A stretch of DNA of 64,000 nt from Candidatus Limnocylindrales bacterium (GTDB lineage: Bacteria > Chloroflexota > Limnocylindria > Limnocylindrales > CSP1-4). The stretch spans positions 9,505-73,504 of the forward strand of contig JBEKCH010000004.1 of assembly GCA_050014975.1 (NCBI GenBank), written 5' to 3'. The translations under genes were made by a program, and so were the position numbers. The notes beneath the pieces were generated by a model. It searched no databases. It was not told the DNA's origin and saw only the letters and a program-made list of their open reading frames with translations. Positions 53,465 through 63,193 of the stretch are shown piece after piece (within the stretch, counting starts at the first letter, position 1; each line of letters starts with the position of its first letter).

Positions 53465-56400
53465 CTACTCCTTGGACCTTGTGGCGCTCGATGCTAAGCC
53501 CTGGAAAAAGACCCGGTCTACGTTGCGGCCACTCTGCGCCGTTGGGAGCGCTTCGGTGGCCAGGAGGCGGAGCGCCTCCCGCGGCACGCGGACGATTAGC
53601 CGCACGATCGAGCCATCCCGGGCAAAGACAGACTCGCTCGCGGCACGGGGCAGCTCGTCGCCGGCGATCAGTTCGCTCGGGCCGGCTACACGATCCACGA
53701 GGACGGAGGCCCGGTCGGCCAGCTCGTAGCAGACCGGAGTACCGCAATACGTGAAGGCCAGGCTGCCCGCGGACAGCTCCCACGACCGATCCTGGCCGGC
53801 GATGTCGACGTAGTCGAACCGGTGTGGCACTGCCTCGAACTCGGCCCGGTGCAGGAGCCTCGGCGCAAACCGCAGCCTGCCTCCCCGAACCTGCACGCCA
53901 AGCTCGCCCCAGCGGGCCAGGACCTCCTCTTTGACGAGGCCGGTCATTCCCGGTTGCTGCGCGCCGCGATCTCGGGGCGTGTGCGAGTAGGGATCGCACG
54001 GGAAGGCCCCCTGGACGGCAGCCGACTTGCGGAAGCCGAGGCCGTCGCGCACGTGGTCGTAGGCGTCAGCCAGCGCCGCTGCGGCATCGACGTCGACCTC
54101 GCCGATCTCCGGCTCGATGGCCGCCTGGTAGCACTCCAGAACCGACACCAGCAGCTTGGCGACCATGTGCCAGTAGATGCTGCCGAGGCCCTCAAACATG
54201 AAGAAGGTGCGGCTTCGACCGGTGAACTCGCGGTGTCGGAAGACAGTCTCCCAGAGGTCCAGAGTGGCCTCGCGGACCTGCTCGTCCACTTTCATGGCGT
54301 CAAGGCGGCCGGCCAGGTCATTGGCGTTTCGCAGGTCGGCCTGGAAGTGCCACTGGCCGTGGCTGTCGCGGACGAAGACCCGCGGGTCGTCCAGCGGCGG
54401 CACAGAGGCGATCGTGTTGCGGTGCAGGAAGGGAGTGAGGGCCAAGTCCGGGTAGAGAAGGTAGCTGTTCTGGTCGGCCCGGTATAGATCGCTGGAGCGA
54501 AGCGCGCGCAGGACGGCAAGCGCCTCGGCCGGGGCCAGCAGCCCGGAGCCGAGCACGGCGGCCTGACCCTCCAGCATCGGGAACAGATGCGTGACATGAG
54601 CCTGCCCGGCCTCGACATGGAGGAGGTTGTAGCCGTGGTACAGGCCGTCGTCCCGACGGTTGACCAGGATTGCCCGCTCGAGGACGGGCAGGGCGCGGCC
54701 GACGAGCTCACGCAGGGCGGCCATGGGCACGGATCGCCGGGTCCCCAGCCCGCCGGCATAGACCGCGCGACGGTGCTCCTCGCCGGCCCGTCCGGCCGCT
54801 ACGAGGAACTCGTATCGCGAGGTGTCGTCGAACGTCACGGGAGCGGCGCCGTAGATCGCCGTCAGGCGCTCCACCAGGACGGCGAGCGGCTCGGAGAGCT
54901 CGACCGGCTCGGACCCGGTAAAGACCCGTTCGCAGAAGCGCAGGTAACGCCGCGCGTGGGCCACCGTCACCATCGACAGACCCCAACCAGCCAGCGCGTT
55001 ATTGGCGTCGTTCCATTCGGGGCGCTGCGCGTTCAGCCATGTCCCGCCGTCGGGGATGAAGTTGGTGAGCTTGACCAGCAGCGGCACCAGCAACTTCTCA
55101 GCCAGGGAGACGAGCAGGACGTCGCCGTTCGAGTCCGCGACCAGCTTGGCATCCGCCCCGACCTCGGCGGCCGCGGCCAGGAGTCGGCGATGCAACGCCA
55201 CGTCGAAAGTGATCGTGGTGCGCGGATCGGCCAGAGTGGCGTCCAGCCCGGCGATCCGATACGGCACGTTGGCGTAGGAGTACTCGCGTCTATTGAGCCA
55301 TGAAGCCAGCGCTCCGGGCCGGAACCGCTCCTCGCTTTCGAGCAGCCGGAGCAGATACACGATCTGGTGGTCGCCCCAGTAGCCGAAGTGGCCCCACGGA
55401 TCGTCGGGATCGGCCACCTCCCAGTCGATGCCGCCGTCGCGGCCGATCCGGTACGGGTTGTAGCCGTCCGCCGTCGACGCGTTCAGGAAGACCGCCAGCA
55501 TCTGCTCGAGGAAGCCGGGGAAGCTCTGGGCCAGCGTCTCCCAGTTCTGGAAGATGTCGCGCCAGTTGCCCTGGTACCCGTAGACCGGCTCCCCATTCTC
55601 GCCCCTGACGTGAATCGAGAAGCGGTTCCAGGGTCGGCTCGGGTCGCCGTGGCGTCGGCTGTACATCAGCGGCAGATACGACCCGCATAGCCGGATGAGC
55701 TGGGCATCGCCCGTGGCCTCCACAGCGCTGCGGAGCGAGGCGAGCGAGATCGTCTCCGGCAGACTGGCCAGCCAGCCCTCCATTCGGGCATGCAACGGAG
55801 CGTTCTGGGCCCGCAGGAAGGTGTCGAGATCGCGCCGCGGGAATCGGTACGAGTCCAGGAAGGTCCCACCACGCATGCAGTTGAAGAGAACGCTGCCGAA
55901 GTGGTGGACGGTGGCCGCCTCGTCGGCCGTCTCCTGCAGCCCATCGGCCGCCGCGACCAGCCGGCGCAGGCTCTGCCGATCGGCAGAGACAGCCGTGTGA
56001 AGCTCGGCCTCGAGAAGGTTGGGCTTCGCGAGCCGGTCTCGCAGCAAAACGAGCCGAGCGTGGTCGAGGGCCGTGTCGGCGACAGTGAACCAGCAGTGTC
56101 GCTCCCCAGGCTCGAGATCAACACCATCAGCCACCAGGTATGACCCGAAGTCGCCCCTCAGCTCTCGCTCGACGGCGACCTTCTCGCCCGCCCGAAATGC
56201 TCGGAGGCTCCGGTCCGACAGGTTGACCTCCGGGTGGAGATGGCCAACCGACCAAGCGCCCGTCGCGCGCAGGGACTCGTACGGCAGAGGCTTATCCTCC
56301 ATCGCCGAGTTCAGAGTGTAGATCGCAAGCGGAACGTCGGGCAGGACCTCGTGGCGCATATAGGCACCTGCCAGGTAGCTCAGGCGAGCGTACGACTCCT

Positions 56401-56971
56401 CGCCCACGCCTGGTGGCAGCAGCATCTGGAACCCGTCGAGATAGTCGACGCGAACCGGCCCGGAGCCTATGTTCTCCAGGACCGCATGCCGGACGAGGCC
56501 GAACTGCGCGCACGTGCTGAGGCTCCAGGTGAAGCGAAGCCCCAACTCATGGTTGATCTCCTCGAAGAGCACGTTCGTACCCAGGACGTGCTTGTAAAGG
56601 TTGCGGGTGACCGGGAGCGCATGGGAATCGGAACGCCACGGCTCCCAGACCCAGGGGCCCGAACCGCCGCCGCGAACGCGGAAGGCGCTCAGAGACCCGC
56701 CTCCGTCGGCATGGCGCAGCAGTTTGTCGACGGTCTGGTACGGGAACATCGCGCCATCGGGGTCTACGCGCCCGGCCGTGAAGGGCGAGTTGCTGCCGAC
56801 GAAGAGCCAGGCATCGCTGTCGCTCACGATGCTCATCAGAAATGGCGCCAGGTGGTCGACGTTACGTATACACGCATACCGCTGCCCCGCCAGAGTCACG
56901 AACTCGTGTCGGGCGGGTGCTTCCGCGGGGTTCTGGACCAAATCGCCCACCGGGCCCTTCTCAGTTGTCAT
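53465..56971 (-). CDS. Large (1168 aa) uncharacterised protein, possibly a GH94/GH149/GH161-like glycoside phosphorylase
   Basis: One uninterrupted ORF with ATG at 56971. Motifs NWRDIFQNWE and RPEWNDANNAL resemble, from memory, the RD..Q and (D/E)WND catalytic-region motifs of GH94-clan phosphorylases. It is flanked by GH116 and GH3 genes. The CDS call is solid; the function is inference. Confidence 0.6.
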   Translation of the reverse strand: MTTEKGPVGDLVQNPAEAPARHEFVTLAGQRYACIRNVDHLAPFLMSIVSDSDAWLFVGSNSPFTAGRVDPDGAMFPYQTVDKLLRHADGGGSLSAFRVRGGGSGPWVWEPWRSDSHALPVTRNLYKHVLGTNVLFEEINHELGLRFTWSLSTCAQFGLVRHAVLENIGSGPVRVDYLDGFQMLLPPGVGEESYARLSYLAGAYMRHEVLPDVPLAIYTLNSAMEDKPLPYESLRATGAWSVGHLHPEVNLSDRSLRAFRAGEKVAVERELRGDFGSYLVADGVDLEPGERHCWFTVADTALDHARLVLLRDRLAKPNLLEAELHTAVSADRQSLRRLVAAADGLQETADEAATVHHFGSVLFNCMRGGTFLDSYRFPRRDLDTFLRAQNAPLHARMEGWLASLPETISLASLRSAVEATGDAQLIRLCGSYLPLMYSRRHGDPSRPWNRFSIHVRGENGEPVYGYQGNWRDIFQNWETLAQSFPGFLEQMLAVFLNASTADGYNPYRIGRDGGIDWEVADPDDPWGHFGYWGDHQIVYLLRLLESEERFRPGALASWLNRREYSYANVPYRIAGLDATLADPRTTITFDVALHRRLLAAAAEVGADAKLVADSNGDVLLVSLAEKLLVPLLVKLTNFIPDGGTWLNAQRPEWNDANNALAGWGLSMVTVAHARRYLRFCERVFTGSEPVELSEPLAVLVERLTAIYGAAPVTFDDTSRYEFLVAAGRAGEEHRRAVYAGGLGTRRSVPMAALRELVGRALPVLERAILVNRRDDGLYHGYNLLHVEAGQAHVTHLFPMLEGQAAVLGSGLLAPAEALAVLRALRSSDLYRADQNSYLLYPDLALTPFLHRNTIASVPPLDDPRVFVRDSHGQWHFQADLRNANDLAGRLDAMKVDEQVREATLDLWETVFRHREFTGRSRTFFMFEGLGSIYWHMVAKLLVSVLECYQAAIEPEIGEVDVDAAAALADAYDHVRDGLGFRKSAAVQGAFPCDPYSHTPRDRGAQQPGMTGLVKEEVLARWGELGVQVRGGRLRFAPRLLHRAEFEAVPHRFDYVDIAGQDRSWELSAGSLAFTYCGTPVCYELADRASVLVDRVAGPSELIAGDELPRAASESVFARDGSIVRLIVRVPREALRLLATEALPTAQSGRNVDRVFFQGLASSATRSKE

Positions 56972-57000
56972 GATGCGTTAGCAGCCGCTCGAGGCAGCCC

Positions 57001-59442
57001 TCAGTCGTCAACGCCCGCTCCTACGGCTCGGCCGACGGAGTCGCTCGCCGCGGGCCCTTTCGCTCCGCTCTGACGAAGGGCGTGCTCGATCGCCCAGATC
57101 GCCAGCGGCCGCAGGTACATGGCGGCCCGATACCGACCGTCCTGCAGGTACGCCTCCGGCGTCCGGAACCACAACCCTCGGCCGTAGGTGACGGCGAACG
57201 TCCCGTGGGCCGTGCGCCAGCCCTCTTGGACGAGGCCTCGGCCAATCATGAAGGCCGCCAGGGCATAAGTGGTGCCGGTCCAGCTCTCGGCCGACTGCTC
57301 GGTCGACTCGTCGATCGAACCGTCGGGTCGGATCCCGTTGACCGCACCCATGTCGCCGCCGCCGAACCCAAGGACGTTCGACTCGTAAACCGTGCGCAAC
57401 GCCGTCATGATGCGCTCCGGCGAAACCAGGTCGCCAAGTCCGGTCGCATCCGCGTACCACTGACCGGCCAGCTGGTCAGCCATGATCGAAGCCGAGGAAT
57501 CTTCGCCGCTCGTGTCGAAGCGATAGCAGCGGCCGTTCCAGAGCTTGGCTTCGAAGGCGGCGCTGCCGCGATCGTGCAATTGCCGGAACCGGGCGACGCT
57601 CGCTGAGTCACCGACCATCGTGCCCAACCGGATGGCCGCGCGAAGGGCGGCCAGCCAGAGCGCCCCGCTGTAGGCGCTCGGCCCGAGCATCGACCAGCTA
57701 TCGTAAGTCTGGTCCGGCAGCCCATCGTGCTCGGGCAGCCCGTCGTCGTCTCGGTCGAATCGACCGAGGTAATCCATGGCTTGCACGACGGCCGGCCACG
57801 TCTCGCGAGCGAGGTCGGGAGCCGGCACAAGCAGGACGTCGCGCCAGACCTGGAGGACGAACTTGCTGTTCAAGTCCTTCCAGATGTTGATGTCGCGCCA
57901 GTTGTAGACGTTCGGTCGCAGGAAGGGGTCCTCTTGGGGTCCGCCGAGGTCGTGCGGCATCGCGCCGCGCCGTTTCCTCTGAGCGCGAGTGCCCTTCCAG
58001 CCCACGACGACGATCTCCGGGTCGTCGAGATCCACGGTCGCCGCGAAATCCCTGACGACGCCGACATCCAGGTCGGGCCATAGCAGAAGCAGCGCCCACG
58101 ACGCGTAGAAGTTGACGTCGAGGGTGTTGTAACAGGCGTAGTCGTAGCACTCCAGGACGGCGAAATGACCGAGCGACTCAGTCGCCCCGCCATCTACCGA
58201 CTGGTTTGCAGCCGGGGGGACTGCGGTCCCACCGGCCGGCTCGGGCCTGTGGAACGGCTCACCATCGGTCCAGACCGTGCCGCCGTCAACGAGGTAGTAC
58301 AGCTCGTTGAAGAGCGCGCATTTGTACCAGTCGGGGCGCGTGGAATCGGCCAGGATCGGCGCCTGCCAGGCGTCTATGGCGGAGGACCACTCAGAGCGCC
58401 TCGCGAGAGCCTCGGCCCCGATGGCCCAGGCGTTGGCGCCGCTGCGGCCGAAGAACCGCGTGTAGCGCTTGTACCAGCACGTGCCGGACCCGAACTCGAC
58501 GATCGGCAGATCCCAGACGAGGACGAACGACACGCGCTTCGTCTCGCCTGGAGCGAGCTCGACCGTGGCAGCAAGGGCTGCTCCGATAGCCTCGCCCGGC
58601 CGGCTGGGCCGGCTGTCGGCGACGTCGCGCAGCCGGCCGTCGGCCGCAAAGTCCGCCCACACGTCCGACCCGTCGTCGGCCAGGAACCGATCGCAGGTCG
58701 TCAGTTGTACGCCGGGTTCTACGCCGGCCATGATCGCGAAGCTACCGTTCCAGGGCGCGCCGGCAACATCCGGAGGCCCTTGAAGCAGCACCCCAACCAT
58801 GCCGTCTTTGCGGAGCGAGACGTTTCGATGGCCGCCCCCGCGGTCCTGGCCGCGGTCGCGGCCGATGTCGTTGAGCCAGCTGAACATGAGCCCGACGGTC
58901 AACGGATCCGGGCTCGGATTCTCGATCTGCCACTCGAAGACGCCGACCGGGTAGCTGCTATCGCGGTAGTTGCCCGCTATGACCGGACTGAATTGCCGTT
59001 GCAGCAGCCGCACGGGGAGCTCAGCCCAGTCGTATTCGAACCAGGCATAGGGGAACAGGCCGTGGTAGATGCCCGCTCCCTCCGGCAGGTCCCAGTTCCA
59101 GCTCCGAAGCGTCTCGGGACGTACCGTCGAGAGCACGTGGGCCGAATGGGCCTCGCCCCGGGCCACGTACACGGAGAACTGGTCTGCCGGGACCGTCTCG
59201 AAGCGGTGCCGGCCCACGTCCAGGTGCCAGCGGGCGAAGTCCCCGCGTTGGGTTCGTCCGATGCTACCGGCACCCAGTCCGCCGAGTGGCACGCCACCCC
59301 ACGGACCATCGTCGATGAGCGGTGGATCCACGTCCTGCCTGGCCCTTTCGGGGCCGTCGTAGGGAAGCCCGATCGGCCGCCGCCAGGCAAAGGGAACCGC
59401 ACCCGAGACGACCTCGGGTCGCTGTCTCGTGTTCATGGGCAC
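57001..59442 (-). CDS. GH116-family beta-glucosidase (GBA2-type, non-lysosomal glucosylceramidase-like)
   Basis: N-terminal GGLGAGSIGRTQRGDFARWHL and the pattern of the C-terminal (alpha/alpha)6 domain (DQTYDSW, GTTYALAA). Start at GTG 59442, abutting the permease stop, or at ATG 59436. Confidence 0.75.
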   Translation of the reverse strand: MPMNTRQRPEVVSGAVPFAWRRPIGLPYDGPERARQDVDPPLIDDGPWGGVPLGGLGAGSIGRTQRGDFARWHLDVGRHRFETVPADQFSVYVARGEAHSAHVLSTVRPETLRSWNWDLPEGAGIYHGLFPYAWFEYDWAELPVRLLQRQFSPVIAGNYRDSSYPVGVFEWQIENPSPDPLTVGLMFSWLNDIGRDRGQDRGGGHRNVSLRKDGMVGVLLQGPPDVAGAPWNGSFAIMAGVEPGVQLTTCDRFLADDGSDVWADFAADGRLRDVADSRPSRPGEAIGAALAATVELAPGETKRVSFVLVWDLPIVEFGSGTCWYKRYTRFFGRSGANAWAIGAEALARRSEWSSAIDAWQAPILADSTRPDWYKCALFNELYYLVDGGTVWTDGEPFHRPEPAGGTAVPPAANQSVDGGATESLGHFAVLECYDYACYNTLDVNFYASWALLLLWPDLDVGVVRDFAATVDLDDPEIVVVGWKGTRAQRKRRGAMPHDLGGPQEDPFLRPNVYNWRDINIWKDLNSKFVLQVWRDVLLVPAPDLARETWPAVVQAMDYLGRFDRDDDGLPEHDGLPDQTYDSWSMLGPSAYSGALWLAALRAAIRLGTMVGDSASVARFRQLHDRGSAAFEAKLWNGRCYRFDTSGEDSSASIMADQLAGQWYADATGLGDLVSPERIMTALRTVYESNVLGFGGGDMGAVNGIRPDGSIDESTEQSAESWTGTTYALAAFMIGRGLVQEGWRTAHGTFAVTYGRGLWFRTPEAYLQDGRYRAAMYLRPLAIWAIEHALRQSGAKGPAASDSVGRAVGAGVDD

Positions 59443-60534
59443 CTACTTCTCGACGCCAGAGATGACCACACCCCGCATGAACGACCGCTGGGCGACGAAG
59501 AAGACCGCTACGGGCAGGATCATCGCCAGGAGAGCCGCGGTCTGGGTCAGGGTGCCACTGCCCGCACGAGAGTAAGTGGCGCTGAAGGCCTGCAGGCCCA
59601 CGGTCATCGTGAAAAGGTCGGCATGTCCCGACAGATACACAAGAGGGACGAAGAAGTCGTTCCACCCGAAGAAGAAATGGAACAAAGACACGGCAATGAT
59701 CGCCGGCCACGCCTGAGGAATGACCACCGACCACAGGATCCGAAGCGGGCTGGCGCCATCAATCTGAGCAGCCTCGTCCAACTCCCGCGGCAGAGTCAAG
59801 AAGTACTGCCTCAACAGGAAGACGTTGTACGCATTCGCGAAGAAGTTCGGCACTATCAGCGGTAACAATGTGCCGGTCCAGCCAATCGCCAGGAAGCCCA
59901 TGTACTGCGGGATCAGAGTGACCTGGAATGGCAGCATGATCGTCATGATCAAGACAAGGAAGAGGCCGTTCTTGCCCGGGATTCTGAACCGGGCGAAGCC
60001 GAAAGCGACAAGGACGGCCGAACTGACCGCACCGATCGTTCCGAAAACGGCAACTACCAGGGTGTTCCTCAACAGCAATGGGAAGTTGAGCACGTTCAAC
60101 ACACTGGCGAAGTTAGCGAAACTGATGGTGAGCAACCACACTGGGGTCAGGCCGCGCCAGTTACCCTGCCACTCGATCTCTTGCCCCGTCTTGGGGTCGA
60201 TGAAGGTGCTCGTGATTCGCCCGGGCTTCTCCAGCGCGAGATCCTGGACGCCACTGGCCGTCGGAACTTCATAGACCGTGTACACCTGGCCGTTGGCGGC
60301 CGTGTACATCTCCTGCGTAGCGGGCCACAACGGCGCGTTCAACGCGGTCATCTGGCTGCTGTCTTTGAACGAAGTCAGCAGCATGTAGGCGAGGGGCAGC
60401 AAGAAGATCATCGCCATCGAGGCGGTGAACAACGTCACGCCGAGCTTGGAGATCCCGAACCTGATCGCATGCGCTCGGGGCGACCATGTGCGCCCGCTTC
60501 TCGCCAGCGGAAGCGGCAATGCCTTTCCGGTCAT
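59443..60534 (-). CDS. ABC sugar transporter permease (MalG/CUT1-type) with an enlarged periplasmic loop
   Basis: C-terminal EAA motif region LDEAAQIDGASPLRILWSVVIP. Six TM helices. ATG 60534 overlaps the upstream stop (ATGA). Confidence 0.85.
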   Translation of the reverse strand: MTGKALPLPLARSGRTWSPRAHAIRFGISKLGVTLFTASMAMIFLLPLAYMLLTSFKDSSQMTALNAPLWPATQEMYTAANGQVYTVYEVPTASGVQDLALEKPGRITSTFIDPKTGQEIEWQGNWRGLTPVWLLTISFANFASVLNVLNFPLLLRNTLVVAVFGTIGAVSSAVLVAFGFARFRIPGKNGLFLVLIMTIMLPFQVTLIPQYMGFLAIGWTGTLLPLIVPNFFANAYNVFLLRQYFLTLPRELDEAAQIDGASPLRILWSVVIPQAWPAIIAVSLFHFFFGWNDFFVPLVYLSGHADLFTMTVGLQAFSATYSRAGSGTLTQTAALLAMILPVAVFFVAQRSFMRGVVISGVEK

Positions 60535-61445
60535 CGGTCACCTCCGGCGTAGAACACCCAGCGTGCCGACGTACGGAACAACACGAGCGCCGCGACCAGG
60601 ACGATGAGCAGCATGAGCCAGGCGAGCGCCGAGGCAAAGCCCATCTCGTTGTAGGACCAGCCTTCCTTGTACAGGTTCAGGTTGTAGAAGTACGTCGAGC
60701 CGCCAGGGTTCCCAGTCCCTCCCGGGTCGAGGACATAAGCCTGGGTGAAGTACTGCGACACTCCGATGATGCTGATCAGGATGTTGTAGAAGAGGACCGG
60801 CGAGATCATCGGCAGCGTCACATGGCGGAATCGAGCCCAGGCCCCGCCGCCGTCGATCTTGACGGCCTCGTACAGCTCGGTCGGCACTCCCTGCAGGCCG
60901 GCCAGGAAGATCAGCATCATGTTCCCGACGCCCCAGGTGCCAAGAAGAACGAGCCCCGGGAGCGCCCAGGCCGGATCGGAGAACCAGTCCGGCGAAGGAA
61001 GTCCCAAGGCGTGCAGGATCTGCGCCAGCCAGCCGGTGCTGCCGTTCAGGAATCCTTGCCACACGATGGTGCTCGCCACGAGCGGGATCAGAATCGGCAT
61101 GAAGAACAGCGTCCTGAAGACGGGCTTGCCGGCGAGAAGCTTCTGGTTGAGCAGGAGCGCCAGACCGAGCGCCAGGCAGATCGTCACCGGGACCGACATC
61201 AGCGCAAATCTGGCCGTGACACCGAGCGATATGCCGGCGTCCCCGTTGTTCAGCAATTCGTTCCACATCCGGCTGTAGTTGTCCAGCCCGATGAACCGGA
61301 AATCTGCCGGATGGAGGAGGTTGAAGTTCGTGAAGGAAAGCACCAGCGACGCGATCATCGGCAGCGCGGTAAACACGACCAGGCCGATGAGCCACGGCGA
61401 GAGGAACGCGAGGCCCATCAGCGTCTCGCGACGGGCGATGCTCAT
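60531..61445 (-). CDS. ABC sugar transporter permease (MalF/CUT1-type)
   Basis: EAA motif LYEAVKIDGGGAWARFRHVTLP. Six TM helices. Confidence 0.85.
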   Translation of the reverse strand: MSIARRETLMGLAFLSPWLIGLVVFTALPMIASLVLSFTNFNLLHPADFRFIGLDNYSRMWNELLNNGDAGISLGVTARFALMSVPVTICLALGLALLLNQKLLAGKPVFRTLFFMPILIPLVASTIVWQGFLNGSTGWLAQILHALGLPSPDWFSDPAWALPGLVLLGTWGVGNMMLIFLAGLQGVPTELYEAVKIDGGGAWARFRHVTLPMISPVLFYNILISIIGVSQYFTQAYVLDPGGTGNPGGSTYFYNLNLYKEGWSYNEMGFASALAWLMLLIVLVAALVLFRTSARWVFYAGGDR

Positions 61446-61591
61446 CCTTCTGGGGGGGAGGCGCGTGAACCGATTCCTTGTCTTCGACGATCGTCATCGA
61501 TCCGCTCCTAAATCGCCTTGAATGGCTCGGGCGGCCGCCCGTTGTCGGCCGCCCGAGGTTTACCTGCCCACGACTTAGGTTGCGAACTCCG

Positions 61592-63106
61592 CTACGTTCC
61601 GGCGTTGAAGTCTGCCTGCAGCGCCGTGACCACTTGCGTGAAGACGGTGTTCATATTAAGGCCTGGGGTCGTCCCCAGAGTCGTCCAGATCTTGCTGTAG
61701 TCGTCCATTGACTTGACGTAGTTGGGCATCGCCGCTTCGTGGTGAATCGCCGGAGCGTACTTCTCCATGTCGATGGCGACTTGCCAGTCGACGACGTTGC
61801 CGGGGAACTGCGGGGCGAGCATCGCGTCAATGTACTTATGGTAGAACGTCAGCTGATCGCCGACGAGCGGGATGCCACCGTACGTCGCCGAGAGATCGCC
61901 GCGGCTGGCGATGTAGGTCAAAGCCGTGAACGAATCCTGCGGATCACGCGAGGCCTTGGTGATGCTGAAGACGTCCATGTCCATCGGAGCCCTGATCGTG
62001 CCGTTGTAGCTCGGCTGGATGGCGACGTCCCACTTCTTGATGGTCTTGCTGGGGCTGGACGCCGACATGCAGCAGTCGTACCACTGGAACATTTCGGCCA
62101 TAGCAACATGGCCAGAGGACGGCGGGTTGCTTTGGGCTAGGAGGGCGGAGTTCTCCTCCGTGGTATTGGCGATGAAATGGTCAGTCCAGATGCCGTTGTA
62201 ATACCAGGTCCACGCGGCCTTCCAGGCATCCGGGAACTGAGCCGTTTTGCCGTCCGCAGCAACGAAACTGCCGCTGCCGAAGTCGGAGCCCATTCGGCGG
62301 CCTTCGCTCCACATGAAGTCGAAGCCGAACTGCACCTGATTGGTCGGATCGAAGCCGGGCTGGGCCGCGTCCTTGCCCTTATTATCAACGGACAGGAGCA
62401 TGGCGAGCTTACGGACGGTGTCCCAGGTCCAGTCGGACTTCGTGCCGTCAGGCCAGGTGTACTGCTCGCCCACCTTCTGCGGCGGGTAGTTCAGGCTGGC
62501 CTCGTCGAAGAGGTCCTTGTTGAAGAAGATCATCGACGGGTAGACGGCGTACGGGAAGCCATCCAGGACGCCGTTGGTGCTCAACTGCTTGAGGATGTTC
62601 TGGTCATATGTGCTGAAGTCGTAGCCGCCGGCCTTGGCCAGCGGGGTGATGTCAGCCCAATCGCCCGCGAAAGCGGCGCGACCCTTGACGCCAACCGGGC
62701 CAACGATGTCCGGCGCATTGTTGGCGGCCAGCTCGGTCTTGAGGATGTCGGTCGCGGTGCTGTTCTGGACGATTTCCAGCGAGAGCAAGATCGGCATGCC
62801 GTTCGCACCGGTAGGCTTCTTGTCCTGCGCCGCGTTGAAGTCCTTGACCACCTGCTGCTCCATGGTGATCTGCGACGGGTTGGTGCCAGAGCCGAGGCCG
62901 ACGTACCAGCGAACGACGACGTGGTTCACGCCGTTAACGCTGACGATGGTGCCGCCCCCAGCGGTTGACGCGGGTGTCACTAACGCCCCCGACGGCATTA
63001 CTGACGTCGACGGCGCGGGCGTCGAGCCCGCACTCGAGCATGCGCTGGCCGCGAGCGCGACCACCGAAGCTACGGCTGCAAACCGGGTGAAACCTCTCCT
63101 GACCAT
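61592..63106 (-). CDS. ABC transporter extracellular solute-binding lipoprotein (family 1, sugar)
   Basis: Lipobox signal VVALAASAC. 504-aa SBP-like sequence immediately upstream of two CUT1 permeases. SD ggagggag upstream of ATG 63106. Confidence 0.8.
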   Translation of the reverse strand: MVRRGFTRFAAVASVVALAASACSSAGSTPAPSTSVMPSGALVTPASTAGGGTIVSVNGVNHVVVRWYVGLGSGTNPSQITMEQQVVKDFNAAQDKKPTGANGMPILLSLEIVQNSTATDILKTELAANNAPDIVGPVGVKGRAAFAGDWADITPLAKAGGYDFSTYDQNILKQLSTNGVLDGFPYAVYPSMIFFNKDLFDEASLNYPPQKVGEQYTWPDGTKSDWTWDTVRKLAMLLSVDNKGKDAAQPGFDPTNQVQFGFDFMWSEGRRMGSDFGSGSFVAADGKTAQFPDAWKAAWTWYYNGIWTDHFIANTTEENSALLAQSNPPSSGHVAMAEMFQWYDCCMSASSPSKTIKKWDVAIQPSYNGTIRAPMDMDVFSITKASRDPQDSFTALTYIASRGDLSATYGGIPLVGDQLTFYHKYIDAMLAPQFPGNVVDWQVAIDMEKYAPAIHHEAAMPNYVKSMDDYSKIWTTLGTTPGLNMNTVFTQVVTALQADFNAGT

Positions 63107-63148
63107 TAGGCTCCCTCCTATTCCCTTGGTAACGCAATGCGTGGCTCC

Positions 63149-63160
63149 TGAAACGTTCCA
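63149..63160. promoter_or_regulatory. LacI-family operator candidate
   Basis: TGAAAC|GTTCCA, an imperfect (5 of 6) CG-centred palindrome, lies 43 nt upstream of the SBP start codon and downstream of the lacI-type gene. Confidence 0.35.
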
Positions 63161-63193
63161 GCGCGTGCCACACGATTGGCCGCGCTCAGTCGC

